A stretch of 64,000 nt of DNA from Eledone cirrhosa (GCA_964016885.1 OZ024751.1:23002001-23066000), one strand, 5' to 3'. Counted from the first letter of the stretch, positions 50,745 through 64,000 are shown. The notes: generated by a model not told the origin, from the letters alone. Translations and numbers: made by a program.

Positions 50745-50981
50745 GAGGGAGTACATGGGTAAATAAACAGAAGCAGGTCCATCACCAGACTTTTATGCGC
50801 CAGGTTGTTAGGGGTTTCCAAAACAATCTAGGTGGGCACTCTTTTGCAAGGAACCTATTCCAGTATTCCTGTACGTTTTTAATAGACAAGATGTCCCCTC
50901 CAAAATGTATACACACTTCAACAGCATTCTATTAAATATTGCCTGTACAGGTAATCAAAGTGTTTATACATTTTTGGGGAC

Positions 50982-51090
<109 letters not shown>

Positions 51091-51333
51091 CTGTAGAAGT
51101 ATATTTAAATTGTTGGAATACAACAAGCAAATATTTTTATAACTGATATAAAGCACTCAACAAATTATTGGAGTAAAAATACGATATATTAACAAATGGA
51201 AACTATAACGTGTATATATATATAAAAATATAAATATATATATATAAATATATATATATAAATAAATATATATATATATATAGCTATTTTATTGTAAGAG
51301 ACTATTTTGAGTTCCTAACTAAATATATACCTT

Positions 51334-51411
<78 letters not shown>

Positions 51412-52055
51412 TGAAGGCCACGAAAAAGTTTGTTAGTTGGTATTTATTATAACTATCTATTTTTTTCTCCGTCCTAATATTTTGGGACTTAAAAGATCCT
51501 TTCTTCAGAGTATGGAGAACTCTCAGAACAAAATATTCCAGTCTTATCGCTTTGAACTACATTTTCTAAATCTGAGGTAGCACCATTAAAAAGAAAAGTT
51601 GTGCAGCAATGTCATACAGTTTTCCCATCCACCCTTGGTCAAAGATCACAACAGCAGAATAATTAAATACTATTTTAATTCGGTTTATGTTAATCACCTA
51701 AAATAAAGTCTAGTAATTATTGTATAATTACACCCGTCTAGCCATTTTAAAGTTTTGTGTGTGTGTGTGTGTGTGTGTGTACTTTGAACGAATCTGACCC
51801 TTAACCTCCAACGGGAGCCGGGTCTAATAATTTGTAAAGCGTTCACTGTATTAATGTTAAATTAATATTTCCTTTCATTTCAATTTTATATTATTGAATA
51901 AAGTATTTTATATATATATAGAGAGAGAGAGAGATAGATATTGTTTGTATGTATAATATAATTCTGCAAGAATTATAAATAATTTTGTTATTTAAAACAA
52001 ATGTTACCGTCTACTTTTGCTAAATACCAACCAACATATCTGTTGTGTCTTATCT

Positions 52056-52248
52056 ACGAGGGTGGGCTGGAAAGTTCATAAGCTAACCATGAAGGAATGA
52101 TGCTAGAAATCTTGCATGAATTCATTTCAACTCTTCTCATTAATAACTGTATTGTTTCTTTCCGGGAACTTGGTTGAAAAATAAACCTCATTTGGTCATT
52201 CCATGAGAGTATCTTTGTCAGGCTATGAACTTTTAAGCCGACCTTCGC
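52056..52248. mobile_element. Mariner-like MITE (same family as 41398-41598)
   Basis: cgagggtgggctggaaagttcata ... tatgaacttttaagccgaccttcg. Confidence 0.7.
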
Positions 52249-52612
52249 ATAGTTATTTTTCCCCTCTGATTAATTTCTATCGATTTATTTATTTTGTATT
52301 TATATAAATCGTATTATATTATTATTTTGTATTATATTTTTTTCTAAACAATACATAGTTTTTATTCACAGCTGTATAAATAGCATTACAAAATTGTTTA
52401 TAATTCTTACAGTATGAAAATATAAACAAATAATATATATACAATTAATTATTGCTAGGATCCTTATTGTTCAAATAATTTCAGTTGATTAATTAAAACG
52501 CATATATAAAACCCCTTGAAAAGTGAACGAGAAATTTATATAAATATAAAAAGTAATATGATATCTCCTAACTTTATTCTTCCTCATTATTCCCCACCTT
52601 CCTTTTTATGTG

Positions 52613-52666
<54 letters not shown>

Positions 52667-52855
52667 TGGGACGAAATATTGTCAGCAAATAAAGATTTTT
52701 AATGTATTAAAGGCTTCTTTGTTAATTTTATATAATGTTTCGGCTCTGTTTGATAACATTGAGCTATATCTTATACTGTCATTTCTCTAATACGACGAGT
52801 GTGTCTAATGCACTCAAGTATTTTTATCTTATCTTATATATATATATATATATAT

Positions 52856-53144
52856 ATTATTCAAAATATTAATAAACGAAGACGTTCACATAATCAAAAT
52901 AAATGTTTTATTATATATATTTCGGAGGTACTGTGCTGTTTTTTCCGTACGTCCTCATCAGATAAAATACATACCTCAACTGTCTTGATGGTCCAATTCC
53001 AGTTGAGGTATGTCATACATCAATTCATATATTTTATCTGATGAGGACGTACTGAAAAAACAGCACAGTGCCTTCTAAATATAGATAATAAAACATATAT
53101 TTTGATTATGTGAACGTCTTCATTTATTAATATTTTGAATAATA
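52856..53144. repeat. Imperfect inverted repeat with a hammerhead-like core (intact on - at 52906-52967; GAAA mutated in the + arm)
   Basis: Arms are ~52856-52969 and ~53029-53144. The minus strand reads UUUUAU-CUGAUGA-GGAcGUAC...GUACcUCC-GAAA-UAUAUA-UA^AUAAAA. An inner hairpin catacctcaactg/cagttgaggtatg is also present. Confidence 0.7.
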
Positions 53145-53731
53145 TTAATAACTCCAGAAAACTCTTCTTTGTAGAGTGCTTTTAATCTATTGTAAAACTA
53201 TATTCATTGAGTAATCAATGAACCATATTAATCTTTGGTTATATATATATATATATATTAATTATTGCTAGGAACCTTATAACACAAAAATATACAATCA
53301 AAGCGAAAACACATTTTATGTTTATTAAATAAACCGAATACTTATACAGGGTGTCCACACCCAAAATGTATACAAACGTCAACAACATTCTAATCGGTGT
53401 ATACATTTTTGGGGGACATCCTGTATATTATATATATATATATAGGGAGAGAGAGAGAGAGAGAGAGAGGATGTCCCCCAAAAATGTATATATATATATA
53501 CACACACACACACACAAAAAAAATATATATATATATATATAGATATATTTCAAATCTTTTTATCTTCTATCTAGTCCACCACAAGCAACTGTTTGTTGTT
53601 GTTTTTTTTTTTATTGTATCATTGTTAAATATATCCCTAAAGATGCATGTATATATATGTATATATTATATATATACATATATGTTATGGAATACTGTTT
53701 GCTTCTCGCTACAATTTCTATACTTTTCATT

Positions 53732-53775
<44 letters not shown>

Positions 53776-55029
53776 AAGTAATTTCAGTTGATCAATAAAC
53801 ACGTATGCATAATCCTTTGAAAATAATTAACGAGAAATATATATATACATACGTAGAAAACAATAACATTTTTACCTACTGTGTATATATATAAAGTAGA
53901 TTTTTAAAATCTTATAGTTTTATATATTTATATATATATATATATATATGTGTGGCAGTAGCTGGCGAAACGGCAAGAGCTCAGCTGTCGGGCTCCGACT
54001 CTTTCAATAACATATATATAATTTGTGTTTATATACCAATAAACCGTAGTCAAGGTAAATTAGAAGACGTGAAATTTCTACAAGATAAGATGTATAAATA
54101 AAACGACATAGGGAATGAGAAAAAAAAGTTTTGATTTTTACCTTAGATTTGAGAAACATTGTGTGTGGTACTGCAGCGAAATAACATTTCCACGGAGTAA
54201 GCGGGTAGTTAGACTAGCTTACTAACTTGTGTTATATTGTATGAGTATGACTGATTGAGTGAGTGAGGAGATATTGTGAGTGTGACTATGAGAGATAGAG
54301 AGACTGGATGAAATGAGTCGAATAGAGACTGTGTGTGGTGGATATTGTGAGTGAGTCTGACTGAGTGAGTGAGTGAGTGAATATTGTGAGTGTGACTAAC
54401 TGACTGAATGAGTGGATATCGTGAGTGTGACTGAGAGACAGATTATGTGTGAACCTAACAGGAAGAGAGTGTATGTATATGTATGTATATATATATATAT
54501 ATATTAAAATAACAGATTAAAGTTTAAGCAAAGAATCGCTGCTTTCATCCTTAACGGGATCTTCTGAAACTAACAAATAAATATTTAATAAATATTTGCT
54601 CTACGGTTCTTATATATTTGATATATATTTATCCTTATCGAGCCCTCTTTGGATTTTAGTCTTCAAATTTATTATTATTACTATATATATATATATATAT
54701 ATAAATGAAAGTATAGAAATTATTGTGAGCGTGAAACCAACAGTATTTCATAATATATAAGTGACTATAACGTCAAAATGAAAAAATAGTTAACGTAAGA
54801 TGTGGGAAAATAATTCAAACTCAATTAAAAAGAAAACAAGACTTAGATTTATCCATAGAATTTTGTGAAATCCAGGGAAAATCAATAGAGCCTTAACTCT
54901 GAATAAAATAAAGTTTAAATACTCATCCTTCAATTTGGAAAAACTACAAATGTTCTATATAGTCTGAAAAAGACTATTTCACGAAACTTTTAGTGGGGAT
55001 GGTCACGGTTGGAATCGTTCATCAGTAGA

Positions 55030-55095
<66 letters not shown>

Positions 55096-55103
55096 TATAT
55101 ATG

Positions 55104-55144
<41 letters not shown>

Positions 55145-55197
55145 GTTATGTTATGGAATACTGTTAGCTTCTCGCTACAACAATTTCTATACTTTTC

Positions 55198-55251
<54 letters not shown>

Positions 55252-55307
55252 TTCGTTTCTGAATTTGTTTAGCAAGATTCTTTATCTGAAATCGTGTGTT
55301 GAAACCG

Positions 55308-55857
55308 ATATTGTTATACTTTGGGAGGGTCATGTTGCCAATAAGAAACACACGCACCAGTTGCTTTCACTTCAATTTAATTTAATATATATTTATAAAT
55401 TTACAAATTTATAAATTTCTGGTTGGTTGGTTGGTTCCACAACCAGATAGTTGTTTATATATATATAGTCATAGTTCTTTCGTCACACACTCTGTGACCT
55501 CTTCAGTGACTGGGGATTTCTTTCTTCGTTTCTGTGCCTTTCCTTTCTTCTATCCTACGCCATTTTGTTTGTGTCAAAACAACAAAATGTGTCAAAACAA
55601 ACAAAATGGCGTAGGATAGAAGAAAGGAAAGGCACAGAAACGAAGAAAGAAATCCCCAGTCACTGAAGAGGTCACAGAGTGTGTGACGAAAGAACTATGA
55701 CTATATATATATAAACAACTATCTGGTTGTGGAACCAACCAACCAACCAGAAATTTATAAATTTGTAAATTTATAAATATATATTAAATTAAATTGAAGT
55801 GAAAGCAACTGGTGCGTGTGTTTCTTATTGGCAACATGACCCTCCCAAAGTATAACA

Positions 55858-55861
<4 letters not shown>
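55308..55861. repeat. Apparently perfect inverted repeat, 265-bp arms with a 24-nt spacer, each arm carrying a hammerhead-like core
   Basis: 55308-55572 is the reverse complement of 55597-55861 (no mismatch seen by eye). Core AGUCA-CUGAAGA-G-GUCACA-gagug-UGUGAC-GAAA-GAAC-UA^UGACU at 55658-55702 (+) and 55467-55511 (-). Confidence 0.9.
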
Positions 55862-55890
<29 letters not shown>

Positions 55891-56041
55891 AGCAAAGAGA
55901 TATTTAATTTGTTGGTTATTCAACAAATTTATTTATAACAGATTCGAAGCACTCTACAAGTTTCTTCTGGAGTATAATATCAATGATATATATGGAAACT
56001 ATCTTTATAAAACCATATTTATTTTATTATATATATTTCAA

Positions 56042-56413
56042 TAGGGCGGTGGTTTGGCAGTATCGGTAGAGCGTCAGACGCCATGTTTTGCAGCATAGTT
56101 ATGGTCCTTTGCGATCTGGGTTCAAATCCGCCGAGGTTAACTTTGCCTTTCATCCTTAAGAGGTCGATAAAATAAAGTACCAGTGGTGCACTGGGGGTAA
56201 TCGCCGCCAAAGGTAGAAACTCTAGGGCGGTGGATTGGCAGTATCGTTAGAGGGTCGGACGACATGCTTTGCAGCATGGAGTTACGGACCTTTACGATCT
56301 GAGTTCAAATCCCGCTGAGATTAACTTTGGCTTTCATCCTTACGAGGTCCATAAAATAAAGTACCAGTAGTTCACTGGTGTTAATTGCTGGCCTTGTGTC
56401 AAAAGTAGAAACA
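56042..56413 (+). mobile_element. Dimeric family A SINE with a 16-bp TSD
   Basis: Two head-to-tail monomers (tagggcggtgg at 56042 and 56223); attatatatatttcaa at 56026-56041 and 56414-56429. Confidence 0.88.
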
Positions 56414-56558
56414 ATTATATATATTTCAAGGATACCAAAATTGTGGTACGCTCTCATCAGATAAAATACAAAATTGTTTTATAAATATTGACATACCCCA
56501 AAACAAGAGCTTATCGTTTTAAGTTCATTATGAAAGATAGTTTCCATGTATTAATATC

Positions 56559-56589
<31 letters not shown>

Positions 56590-58109
56590 CTGAGTGAGTC
56601 AGAGAGAGAGAGTGTGTGTGTATGAGTGAGTCTAACAGAGAGTTAGTGTGTGAGTAAACCTAACAGTGAGTGTGTGTTTGAGACTAACAGAGAGAGTGAC
56701 TGTGACTGAGAAAGACAGAATGTGTGTGTGGATATTGTGAGTGTCTAATGGAGTGAATGGATATTATGAGTGTGACTAATTGAATCAGTGGATATTTTGA
56801 GTGTGACTAAATGAATCAGTGGATATTGTGAGTGTGACTTAGAGGAAGAACATGGAGTAACTCAGAGACAGAATGTGTGAGCGGGACTATTAAGTAAGAG
56901 ACAGAATTAGAGAGTGTAATTAACTGAGAGACCCTAGGTCAATGTAATAAATAACAGTCAAGTACTGAGCTTCTTCTGTTCTACTTACTCATTCCGGAGA
57001 GGGTTGTGTGGACTGAGTCCTCAGACACACTCCCAGAGGGTTCTATCTATCAGAAGTAACCATTTTCAACTGATCCGGCTGGATCCCCAAACAAGACCAA
57101 CCAAGCTCAAGGATGTTATCTAACCATTTTGATCATGGCCTACATCACAACATCTGGGTCCCCTGTTGGTTGGCTTTACCCCATAAAATCTCTTCAGCAA
57201 CTCTTTACTTAGACATTCTAACCACATTTCCATAGTACCGGAGCTATGATCTCTTGATGTAGAGAAGTAGTGGCTCTACCTGCTGTGATGATTATGATGG
57301 TGGTGGTGGTGGTGCTGCTGCTGCTGCTGGTACTGCTGCTACTGATGATGATGATGATGATGATGATTTAAGTGCTTCAGAGACTAACACTTCACTTGAC
57401 CTGAATCAGTGACCTTGTTTTCACCTCCAAACATCAACTTAATAATAATTAACTTCTTGTGAGTCATCCTTCATCCATCAAAGGTGAAGCATGAACAGAG
57501 TTCTTGTTCTAGACTTTCCGATTTCTCATCACAGCAAGAAGATCCCGTCCAGTGAGGGCCAATAGACTCCTGATGGTTATGTTTGGACTCCCTACTCAGT
57601 GCTTTGCATCTGGTGACCAGAGAAGCAGTTTCCCTGCAAGATTTATTATAATCATTTTGTTACCATATTTCTAATGAAAGAATGCTGTTTCTGAATTTCA
57701 AATAATTTTGAAAATAATCAAGAATTTGGAAGTATTTATTAATAATATACAGTGGACTTCAGTTCACAAACTTAACCCTTTAATGTTCAAACCGGCCAAA
57801 ATTCTCTACCTCTTTCTGGTGAAACTGGCTGTAACTGGTCACTCAAACTGATGTTACGGTATTGATCTCAAAATAAAAATTTCAAAATCTCATAGATTCG
57901 ATATTATGTGAGATAATTATGCGAGGTAAACCTTTACCATGAAAATATAATAGTATATATAGAGTAATGTGAATGCTAAAGGGTTAATTCATTCCCGAAG
58001 ACCATTCATCAACCGAAATGTTTGTAAACTGGAACTATTTTCCCATACGAAATGTTGATAGAGAAATGTAGTGAGAGAGAGAGAGACTGTGTGTTAAAGA
58101 CAGATAACT

Positions 58110-58492
58110 TTCTTTTTATTTGCCACCAGGGCATCAAAGAGTGGGACAAGTACAATGGGGGGAGTTTACATAAAAAGGCGTCCTCAATAAGGAGGAGGCA
58201 ATAACAAAATATAAAAATATAAAATATAACAAAAATAAATTGAATAACAAAATCCTCAATAGGGAGGAGGCGCCTTGGGGGGTCGCACCCCCCCCCCTCC
58301 CGAAAAAAGTGTGCAACCCTTCTCCTCAGGAGCACAGAGAGAGGGTGCTCCCTTGATCTTTCATCTTTCTCACTACAGTCTGATGTAGAGTGAAGGCCCA
58401 TTCACATGGGCCATTCTCGCCACTTTCACCCATCTTTCATAAAAACGGCTGGGGTGCAGCACCTCTCTCTCCATCCTGATCCTTCTTCCAAA
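58110..58492 (-). mobile_element. 3' fragment of the same L1/Tx1-like family
   Basis: gggccattctcgccactttcaccca...gctggggt(g/a)cagcacctctctctccatcctgat is shared with 27631-27712. Confidence 0.75.
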
Positions 58493-59869
58493 CCCCATAG
58501 TACCTAACTACACAAGTGATGCTTTCCTGCTGATACTCCAAGCTTGTTGTCAACTGTTATTGCTGGCTTGTGTGATTATTACTCAAGACACTGTTCAGGG
58601 ACCAAAACATTTTCTCTTTGGAAAAATTGTTTGTAATGTGAGGCATTCATGAACCGTGGTTCCACTGTAATTAACTTTCTCATTGTTAAGACCATGTTTG
58701 AAAGATTAACTTAACAAAGGTTCTTACATAACTTTATGATGGAAGGTTTTTTTAGATAACTATAAATAAATTGTTTAGTGTGAACAAAGCCAGCCAGCAG
58801 GAACTCAGAGGTAGACCATGAGCAAGATGGTTGGATAACATCGATAAGCTCAGTTAGTCTCTCTTGGGAAAGATATACCTGCTTCCTTTCCACCCACACT
58901 GAAACCATCTATTTTGTGATAACAGAACTATTTTTTACTACAACAATCTATAATAGCTCTTTTGAAAAATTCCTCAGATTATTATTGTGATAAAAAGTTA
59001 AGGGCTGAAACCCTTGCTTGTATGGGGTGGGGAGTTCTTCTTAGAAGAAATTCTGGTGTTCAGCTCTCCTGAGAGTTTCTTACCACTGACAACCATTTCT
59101 AAAGATGTTTATTAGTTTATCAGTCTTATTTCTTATCTTTGGAATTGTTCTCTGGCAAATATTCCAAATTCTGCTAGATGCTTCTACTTATTCATTGCTC
59201 ATAGTTATTCTTGAGGAGGACATTGAAGGGGAAGAGTCCTCAGACTCTGAGGGTCTTATCAGAAGCAACTGTCTCCAGTTGATCTGGCTGGATCTCCAAG
59301 CGAGACCAGCTCCTTACCTTTCCATCATCATCACTGTTATAATTTAATGTCTATTTTTCCATGCTTGCATGGGTTATATGGGAAAATGCATATATGGATA
59401 TATGTGTCTACTTATGGTGCATTGTGGTTTTGAGCAAAACACCTCAGTTCACAATACTCCAGTCAGTCCACTCCACTGAAAATAATTACCAGCAATAGCT
59501 GCAGGTTAACCTTATGATGGACTGATGTCCTATCCAGGGAGGGAGGCAGTCTTGTACTCTCAGTCGACACCAATGAAACCAGGATAAGCACTGGCTTGAT
59601 AAACCCCTGGGCTTGGGACAGACTTTAATTTAATATTATACCCCAATGATGGACTGATGTCCTGTCCAAGGAGGGGACAGTCTTGTACTCTTAGGCATTT
59701 AACACCAATGAAACCAGGATAAACACTGGCTTGATGACCATCTAGGGTGGAGACAGACTTTAATTTGTTTATGTGAGACAGAGGTGGACTCATTTCATAA
59801 TAACTGTAACAATGGTTATTGTTGTTAGTATTGCTGTTTCTTGCTCTTTAAAATATTTTTTTGACATTT

Positions 59870-60067
59870 AATCTTGTGTGTGTGAGAGAGACAGAGAGAG
59901 GTTGGGTGTGTATGTATGTGTGTTGTATGAGAGAGAGAGAATGTGTTTGAGAAAGTGTGTGTGTAAGAGAAAGAGAGAATGTGTGGTGTGAGAGAGAGAG
60001 AGAGAATATGTGTGTGTGTGTATTTGTGTGTGAGAAAGTGTTTGTGTGAAAGAAAGAGAATGTGTGA

Positions 60068-60142
<75 letters not shown>

Positions 60143-60203
60143 TGAGTGTGTGTGTGAGAAAGTGTGTGTGTGTGAGAAAGTGTTTGTGTACAAGAGAGAG
60201 AGA

Positions 60204-60297
<94 letters not shown>
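59870..60297. repeat. (GA)n/(GT)n compound microsatellite
   Basis: Direct inspection. Confidence 0.95.
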
Positions 60298-60300
<3 letters not shown>

Positions 60301-60807
60301 TAATAGGTGGAATAAGTGATAGGTATATTCTTCATCAATATATTCACTTGCAACCTCCTCTGACATTGTTCTGTCCTATTATATAGTTTATTAACTAACA
60401 ATTCATTATTCACAGACCCAGTGCTCCAGATCTGCCAGACTTCTGTCTTCTAGTGGTTTACCATATTAGGTAAAGTATTGCTGTTGATTTTAGAGGAAAT
60501 TTGAACTTAAAAAGTCAGAGTTGAAATAAAAATATTTTAGTCCACAGTTGTGTTCTTTTGTCATCTTCAGTGTAACTATTATATATATTCTATAGACAAA
60601 ATAGAAATGAGGTAATATTCTTTTATTCTGTTACTGGTTTCTGTGACTAGACGGTGGCCATACATTCAATCTCTTTTTTAATTGAACTGCTAAGTTATGG
60701 AATATAAACAAAGACAAAAACACAAACACACACACATATATATAACTAATTGTTTGATATATAACTGTGTGTATCTGGTTTAGAATAGATTCACTGTATC
60801 CCTGCAA

Positions 60808-60855
<48 letters not shown>

Positions 60856-60874
60856 AATATAGATGAGATTCTAC

Positions 60875-61081
60875 AGGACTAGAACTGTTTCATTCTTTAG
60901 AAATCATCATGAATCTGGGTATCAAAAAATAAATATGGTATTTATAGGCCTCTTCAGGTGGTAGGAGAGGGTAGGGAGTGGGATGGGTAGAGGTCATTGG
61001 TTGATAGAAAAGGGAATTCATTAAATTTTTTGATACCCAGATTCCTGATGATTTCTAAAGAATGAAACAGTTCTAGTCCTA
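60875..61081. repeat. Inverted repeat (~55-bp arms) with a hammerhead-like core remnant
   Basis: aggactagaactgtttcattctttagaaatcatca... / ...ctgatgatttctaaagaatgaaacagttctagtcct; a related copy lies at ~49236-49315. Confidence 0.65.
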
Positions 61082-61118
61082 TATATATATAATAATAATA
61101 ATAATAGTTCTAGTTCTA

Positions 61119-61152
<34 letters not shown>

Positions 61153-61831
61153 GTAATAATAATAAATGTGAAAACTAAAATCCGAAGAGGGCTTGAAAGG
61201 ATAATATATATATATAAAAATATATAAAAACTGAAGATCCCATTAAGGGTGAAAGCAACGATTCTTTGCTTAAACTTTAATCTGTTATTTTAATATATAT
61301 ATCATCATCACTGTTTTACGTCTGTTCTTCATGGGTTAGATGGGTTGTCCCGTTGTGGGCAGTGTCCAGTCGGCTGACCATGTCTTGCTCATACAGGAAT
61401 TGATTCTGGCTTGATTGCTACAGCTGGATGCCCTTCCCTTCCTAACACCAACCTCATTTACAGTGAGTGCTGGATGCTTTTTTACCGTGGCGCCTACGAA
61501 CAAAGTGGAGGTGTTACATCAAGAATTTTTTGTGTATATATGTGTGTGTGTGTGTAATAAATGACTGATAAGTTTTTAGAAAGCCAGTACAATGTGGCAG
61601 AAATTTATAAAGGGCAAAGGATGACAAATAAAACAAAACAAAATAATGTTTTACCTTATATATTTCAGGGCTATCACCCACTTTTCAAATGTAAAGCAGA
61701 AACAATTCAAAACAAACACAAATGATTCATGTGTTCTTCCTTAACTGGTCTCTATGTCTGAAATATACATGTGTGAAGTCATAGTAACCAATCTGTTTCA
61801 TGCATTTCCAATCTATTATTTATCTTCCTCG

Positions 61832-61933
61832 TCGAGGTTAATTTTGCCTTTCATCCTTACGGGGTCGATAAAATAAAGTACCAGTAATGCACTGGGATAA
61901 TTGCTGGCCTTGTGCCAAAAGTAGAAACAATTA
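61832..61933 (+). mobile_element. 5'-truncated family A SINE
   Basis: Core and tail match the family A copies. Confidence 0.8.
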
Positions 61934-62221
61934 TTTATCTACCTCCTGTTTTCTTTCTTTTTTTCTCTCTCTTGCTTTTGTTTCTTAATTGTAAGAAGTA
62001 TTAGATACTTCCTCTAGTTTGTCATATCTTACTAGCTCTATACGGACGTTTAAATTGATTGATTAAATAAATAAATGGCATGAAATATTAGTAATCATCA
62101 TCATCATCATCACCATCATCATCATCACCACCACCACCACCACTATCATCAACATCATCATTATCATATCATCAACATCCTCATTCCCTTCATCATCACC
62201 ACCACTGTCAAATCCCTCCAA

Positions 62222-62810
62222 CTACCATTGAGACATTTGTGGTTTCTCTTTCCAGATATCATACCTTCCAGACATTGACTTCTGTCCATGATTGACACTG
62301 GGAATATTTTTAGTGTCTGGTCTCTCCATCTACCATTGGGGTGTCCTTGCTTTCTCTTTCCAGATATCATACCTTCCAGACATTGACTTCTGTCCATGAT
62401 TGACACTGAGAATATTTTTAGTGTCTGGTCTCTCCATCTACCATTGGGGTGTCCTTGCTTTCTCTTTCCAGGTATCATACCTTCCAGACATTGACTTCTG
62501 TCCATGATTGACACTGAGAATATTTTTAGTGTCTGGTCTCTCCATCTACCATTGGGGTGTCCTTGCTTTCTCTTTCCAGGTATCATACCTTCCAGACATT
62601 GACTTCTGTCCATGATTGACACTGAGAATATTTTTAGTGTCTGGTCTCTCCATCTACCATTGGGGTGTCCTTGCTTTCTCTTTCCAGGTATCATACCTTC
62701 AGACAATCAACTCTGTGCTTAATTGTCTTTGAGACTATTTTAGTATCTGGTCTCTCCATCAACCATTTGGACAACCTTGGTTTCTCTTTCCAGATATCAT
62801 ACCTCAGACA
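62222..62810 (-). repeat. 108-bp tandem repeat (~5.4 copies) derived from an RTE-type LINE C-terminus
   Basis: Period 108 (ccattggg at 62333, 62441, 62549, 62657). The minus strand encodes LEGMIPGKRKQGHPNGRWRD, resembling the RTE ORF2 terminal G.R.RGRP..RW.D motif. Confidence 0.85.
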
Positions 62811-63909
62811 TGACTCATGAACTGAGACATTGTTTGTGAACTAATTTGTTTGTTTGAGAGGTGTTCATGACTCAAGGTTCCACTATATCATAGAATATAG
62901 TTTATATAAGTTTAACTTATGTTGATACCACAGAACATCCAGTCCACACTAAAGTGGTTGTGTAGGTGTCATAACAAAAAGCACCTAGTCCACACTGTAA
63001 AGTGGTCATATAGGTAGGAGACACAGTAAAAAGGCTCCCAGTCCACACTGTAAAATGTGGTTGGAGTTAGGAAGAGCATCCAGCCGTAGAAAACCTGCCA
63101 GATACAGTCCTATTCAAGCAAGACACGGTCTCCCGATCAATCTTGCCTCAAGTGGGACAATTCTCATATAATCCATGCTAGCAGGGAAGATAGATGTTAA
63201 ACGATGATGATGATGATGATATTTTATGTAAAATTCTCTGTTAAATTATATTTCAAATACTACTAAATTAACAATGAGAAAATTAGTTATATTACCAAAT
63301 TCCTTCAAATTGTTAATTATTTAAAAAATGATTTGAAAATAATTAACAGTATCTTTTATTAGAAATATGGTAACAAAAACCGCCCAACATAATTTTATGT
63401 AAGATACGTGTAACTTTTATTTCTAGGATATAATTACATAAAAATAGTTGAGCAGTATCTAATAAAAACAAAGCACTATTAAAGGGAACAAAAAAAAAAA
63501 AGGAAATAGAAAGAAGAAAATGAAAAAAAAGGATCAAGTAACAAAAAAAGGGAGAAGGGGTGGGGCAGTCACTATACTCTAGTCTGAGCGGTACCTCAGC
63601 CTCACCCCGCGGACAAAATGGCAAAGACGCCACCGCGGAGAATGGCCTGAGTTAGCCGCTGCCACGGTCACTCTACCTCAGGGGTCTGCCGTTTTTCCGA
63701 TTTTTCAAACACTAACTTGATAATGAAAAATATTAGTTATATTAATAAATACCTCCAAATTGTTGTTTACTTTTAAAAGAATTTGAAAATAACAGAAATA
63801 CGGTAACGAACGGGTTAAGGAAAGTTTGTAATTTTTTTGTTTTTTAGTTTTCTCTGAGATTAGAGAAAAACCCTACTAGAAGAGGAGGTGTTTGTAGGGG
63901 TGGATGATC

Positions 63910-63967
63910 TGACGTCACGAGTGACGTCACGGTCGTGTGTTGAATCTCTAGAGGAGGTCGCCATCTT
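63910..63967. promoter_or_regulatory. Two full CRE palindromes plus a YY1-like motif
   Basis: TGACGTCA at 63910-63917 and 63922-63929; CGCCATCTT at 63959-63967 (AAGATGGCG on the - strand). Function is not shown. Confidence 0.4.
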
Positions 63968-64000
63968 TCTTTTAGAAGTCTTTGCAAACCAAAGAGAGGA

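Overview
AT-rich, microsatellite-dense animal genomic DNA. The repeat content (tRNA-headed SINEs, RTE and Tx1/L1-like LINE fragments, Tc1/mariner and hAT MITEs, large (TA)n/(CA)n tracts) suggests an octopod cephalopod; this is inferred, not proven. Almost all ORFs in the supplied track are microsatellite read-through. One protein-coding gene can be fully reconstructed: a minus-strand CCDC28-family gene (6 phase-consistent coding exons, 44262->37759, 177 aa). Its last intron has U12 (minor-spliceosome) signals and follows a 23-nt microexon. The most striking structure is a ~3.3-kb array at 19551-22832 of near-identical 466-bp units, each carrying a minimal type I hammerhead ribozyme motif. The units form a head-to-head fold-back palindrome (3 ribozymes on -, 4 on +) embedded in (TA)n, resembling a Penelope pseudo-LTR or non-LTR retrozyme array. 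A solo copy at ~2716-2801 ends at the predicted self-cleavage site. Several other short fold-back repeat families also carry hammerhead-like cores. Also present: a 36x48-bp minisatellite born inside a dispersed repeat, an RTE LINE with a twin-priming-type 5' inversion, a 108-bp tandem repeat made from an RTE C-terminus, and nested TE insertions with clear target-site duplications. All structures were read by eye; nothing was computed or searched.
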